Below, one piece after another: positions 63,626 through 64,000 of a stretch of DNA of 64,000 bases. Source of the DNA: a virus (taxonomy: Duplodnaviria; Caudoviricetes). Positions within the stretch are counted from its first letter, which is position 1. The number at the start of each line of letters is the position of its first letter. The notes below the pieces were generated by a model, which ran no database searches, was not told the DNA's origin, and saw only the letters and a program-made list of their open reading frames with translations. The DNA is taken from positions 1 through 64,000 of IMG/VR virus record IMGVR_UViG_3300031992_000067; one strand, given 5' to 3'. The position numbers and the translations under genes are program-made.

Positions 63626-63636
63626 TGTGGTATCAT
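63626..63636 (+). promoter_or_regulatory. Extended -10 promoter TGTGGTATCAT
   Basis: Identical to 34302-34312; upstream of helicase gene. Confidence 0.5.
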
Positions 63637-63658
63637 ATACGGGCTTAGGAGAGACAAA

Positions 63659-64000
63659 ATGAAAAACAACCCCAACGCGGTGGAGGTGATTCTGCGCGAC
63701 GGGTTCATGGAGGTGGTAGGCGAATGCCAGCGCCTCAAGAACAAGTTGCGCTATTTCCGCAAGGAGGTCGAACTGGTCGGCTACGAGCGGAAGGTTACAA
63801 AGCACTTCGAGGAGCTGTTCACGGAGGGTTCAAACGACGAGAACTATATCGTCACGATGCCCGGGTTCGCGCACAAGGTCCTGGACTTCTTCAGGAAGTC
63901 CGGGCGCAAATACGTGTTCAAGGATGCGCGAACCCCGTTCCCGGCCCCGGACTACAAAAAGGCTTTCAATGGCCTAAGACCGTATCAAGTACCTTTAGTG
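63659..64000 (+). CDS. Partial SF2 (UvsW/XPB-like) helicase, N-terminus
   Basis: ATG 63659 after AGGAG; open to window end, finishing on the Q-motif-like LRPYQ. Confidence 0.6.
   Translation, partial: MKNNPNAVEVILRDGFMEVVGECQRLKNKLRYFRKEVELVGYERKVTKHFEELFTEGSNDENYIVTMPGFAHKVLDFFRKSGRKYVFKDARTPFPAPDYKKAFNGLRPYQVPLV

Noticed and set aside
1-64000. Stop-codon reassignment
   Set aside because: TAA, TAG and TGA all end intact conserved genes with tight coupling; no interrupted enzymes
1-64000. tRNA, rRNA genes and CRISPR array
   Set aside because: No cloverleaf/T-arm consensus with acceptor stem, no rRNA signatures and no regularly spaced repeats seen by eye; tRNAscan-SE not run

Overview
A 64-kb slice of a large tailed dsDNA bacteriophage genome (Caudoviricetes, probably jumbo-sized). 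It is GC-rich, uses the standard code 11 and is densely coding with ATGA/TAATG gene overlaps; the host cannot be determined from this window. Layout: (i) 1-8.5 kb, a + strand tail/receptor module with three LamG/ConA-like paralogues, two paralogous accessory proteins, a tail-fibre-like protein, a GH-like TIM barrel, a LysM protein and a DUF3008-like protein. (ii) 8.5-14.6 kb, a minus-strand glycosylation cluster with three glycosyltransferase genes, one fused to a TupA-like ATP-grasp, plus a zf-CHC2-like protein. (iii) 14.7-21.4 kb, a + strand late-type operon (leader-bearing proteins, holin-like, DUF192, coiled-coil fibre, HTH-like, PLA2-like, metacaspase) containing a strikingly phased A-tract segment at 19.85-20.02 kb. 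(iv) 21.4-25.7 kb, early-type cassettes separated by repeated terminator/promoter modules, with a MYG1-family nuclease and a ~940-nt, gene-free, densely helical RNA-like region (GOLLD/ROOL-class candidate). (v) 25.7-64 kb, dozens of small + strand hypothetical genes plus a HAD phosphatase-like protein, an isolated minus-strand terminase large subunit, Mre11/SbcD and Rad50/SbcC 20 kb apart, a C5 DNA methyltransferase, a DRB0094-type RNA ligase, NAD synthetase NadE and the start of an SF2 helicase. I recognised no tRNA, rRNA, CRISPR array, integrase, transposase or reverse transcriptase. All family calls come from motifs read by eye, not from database searches.
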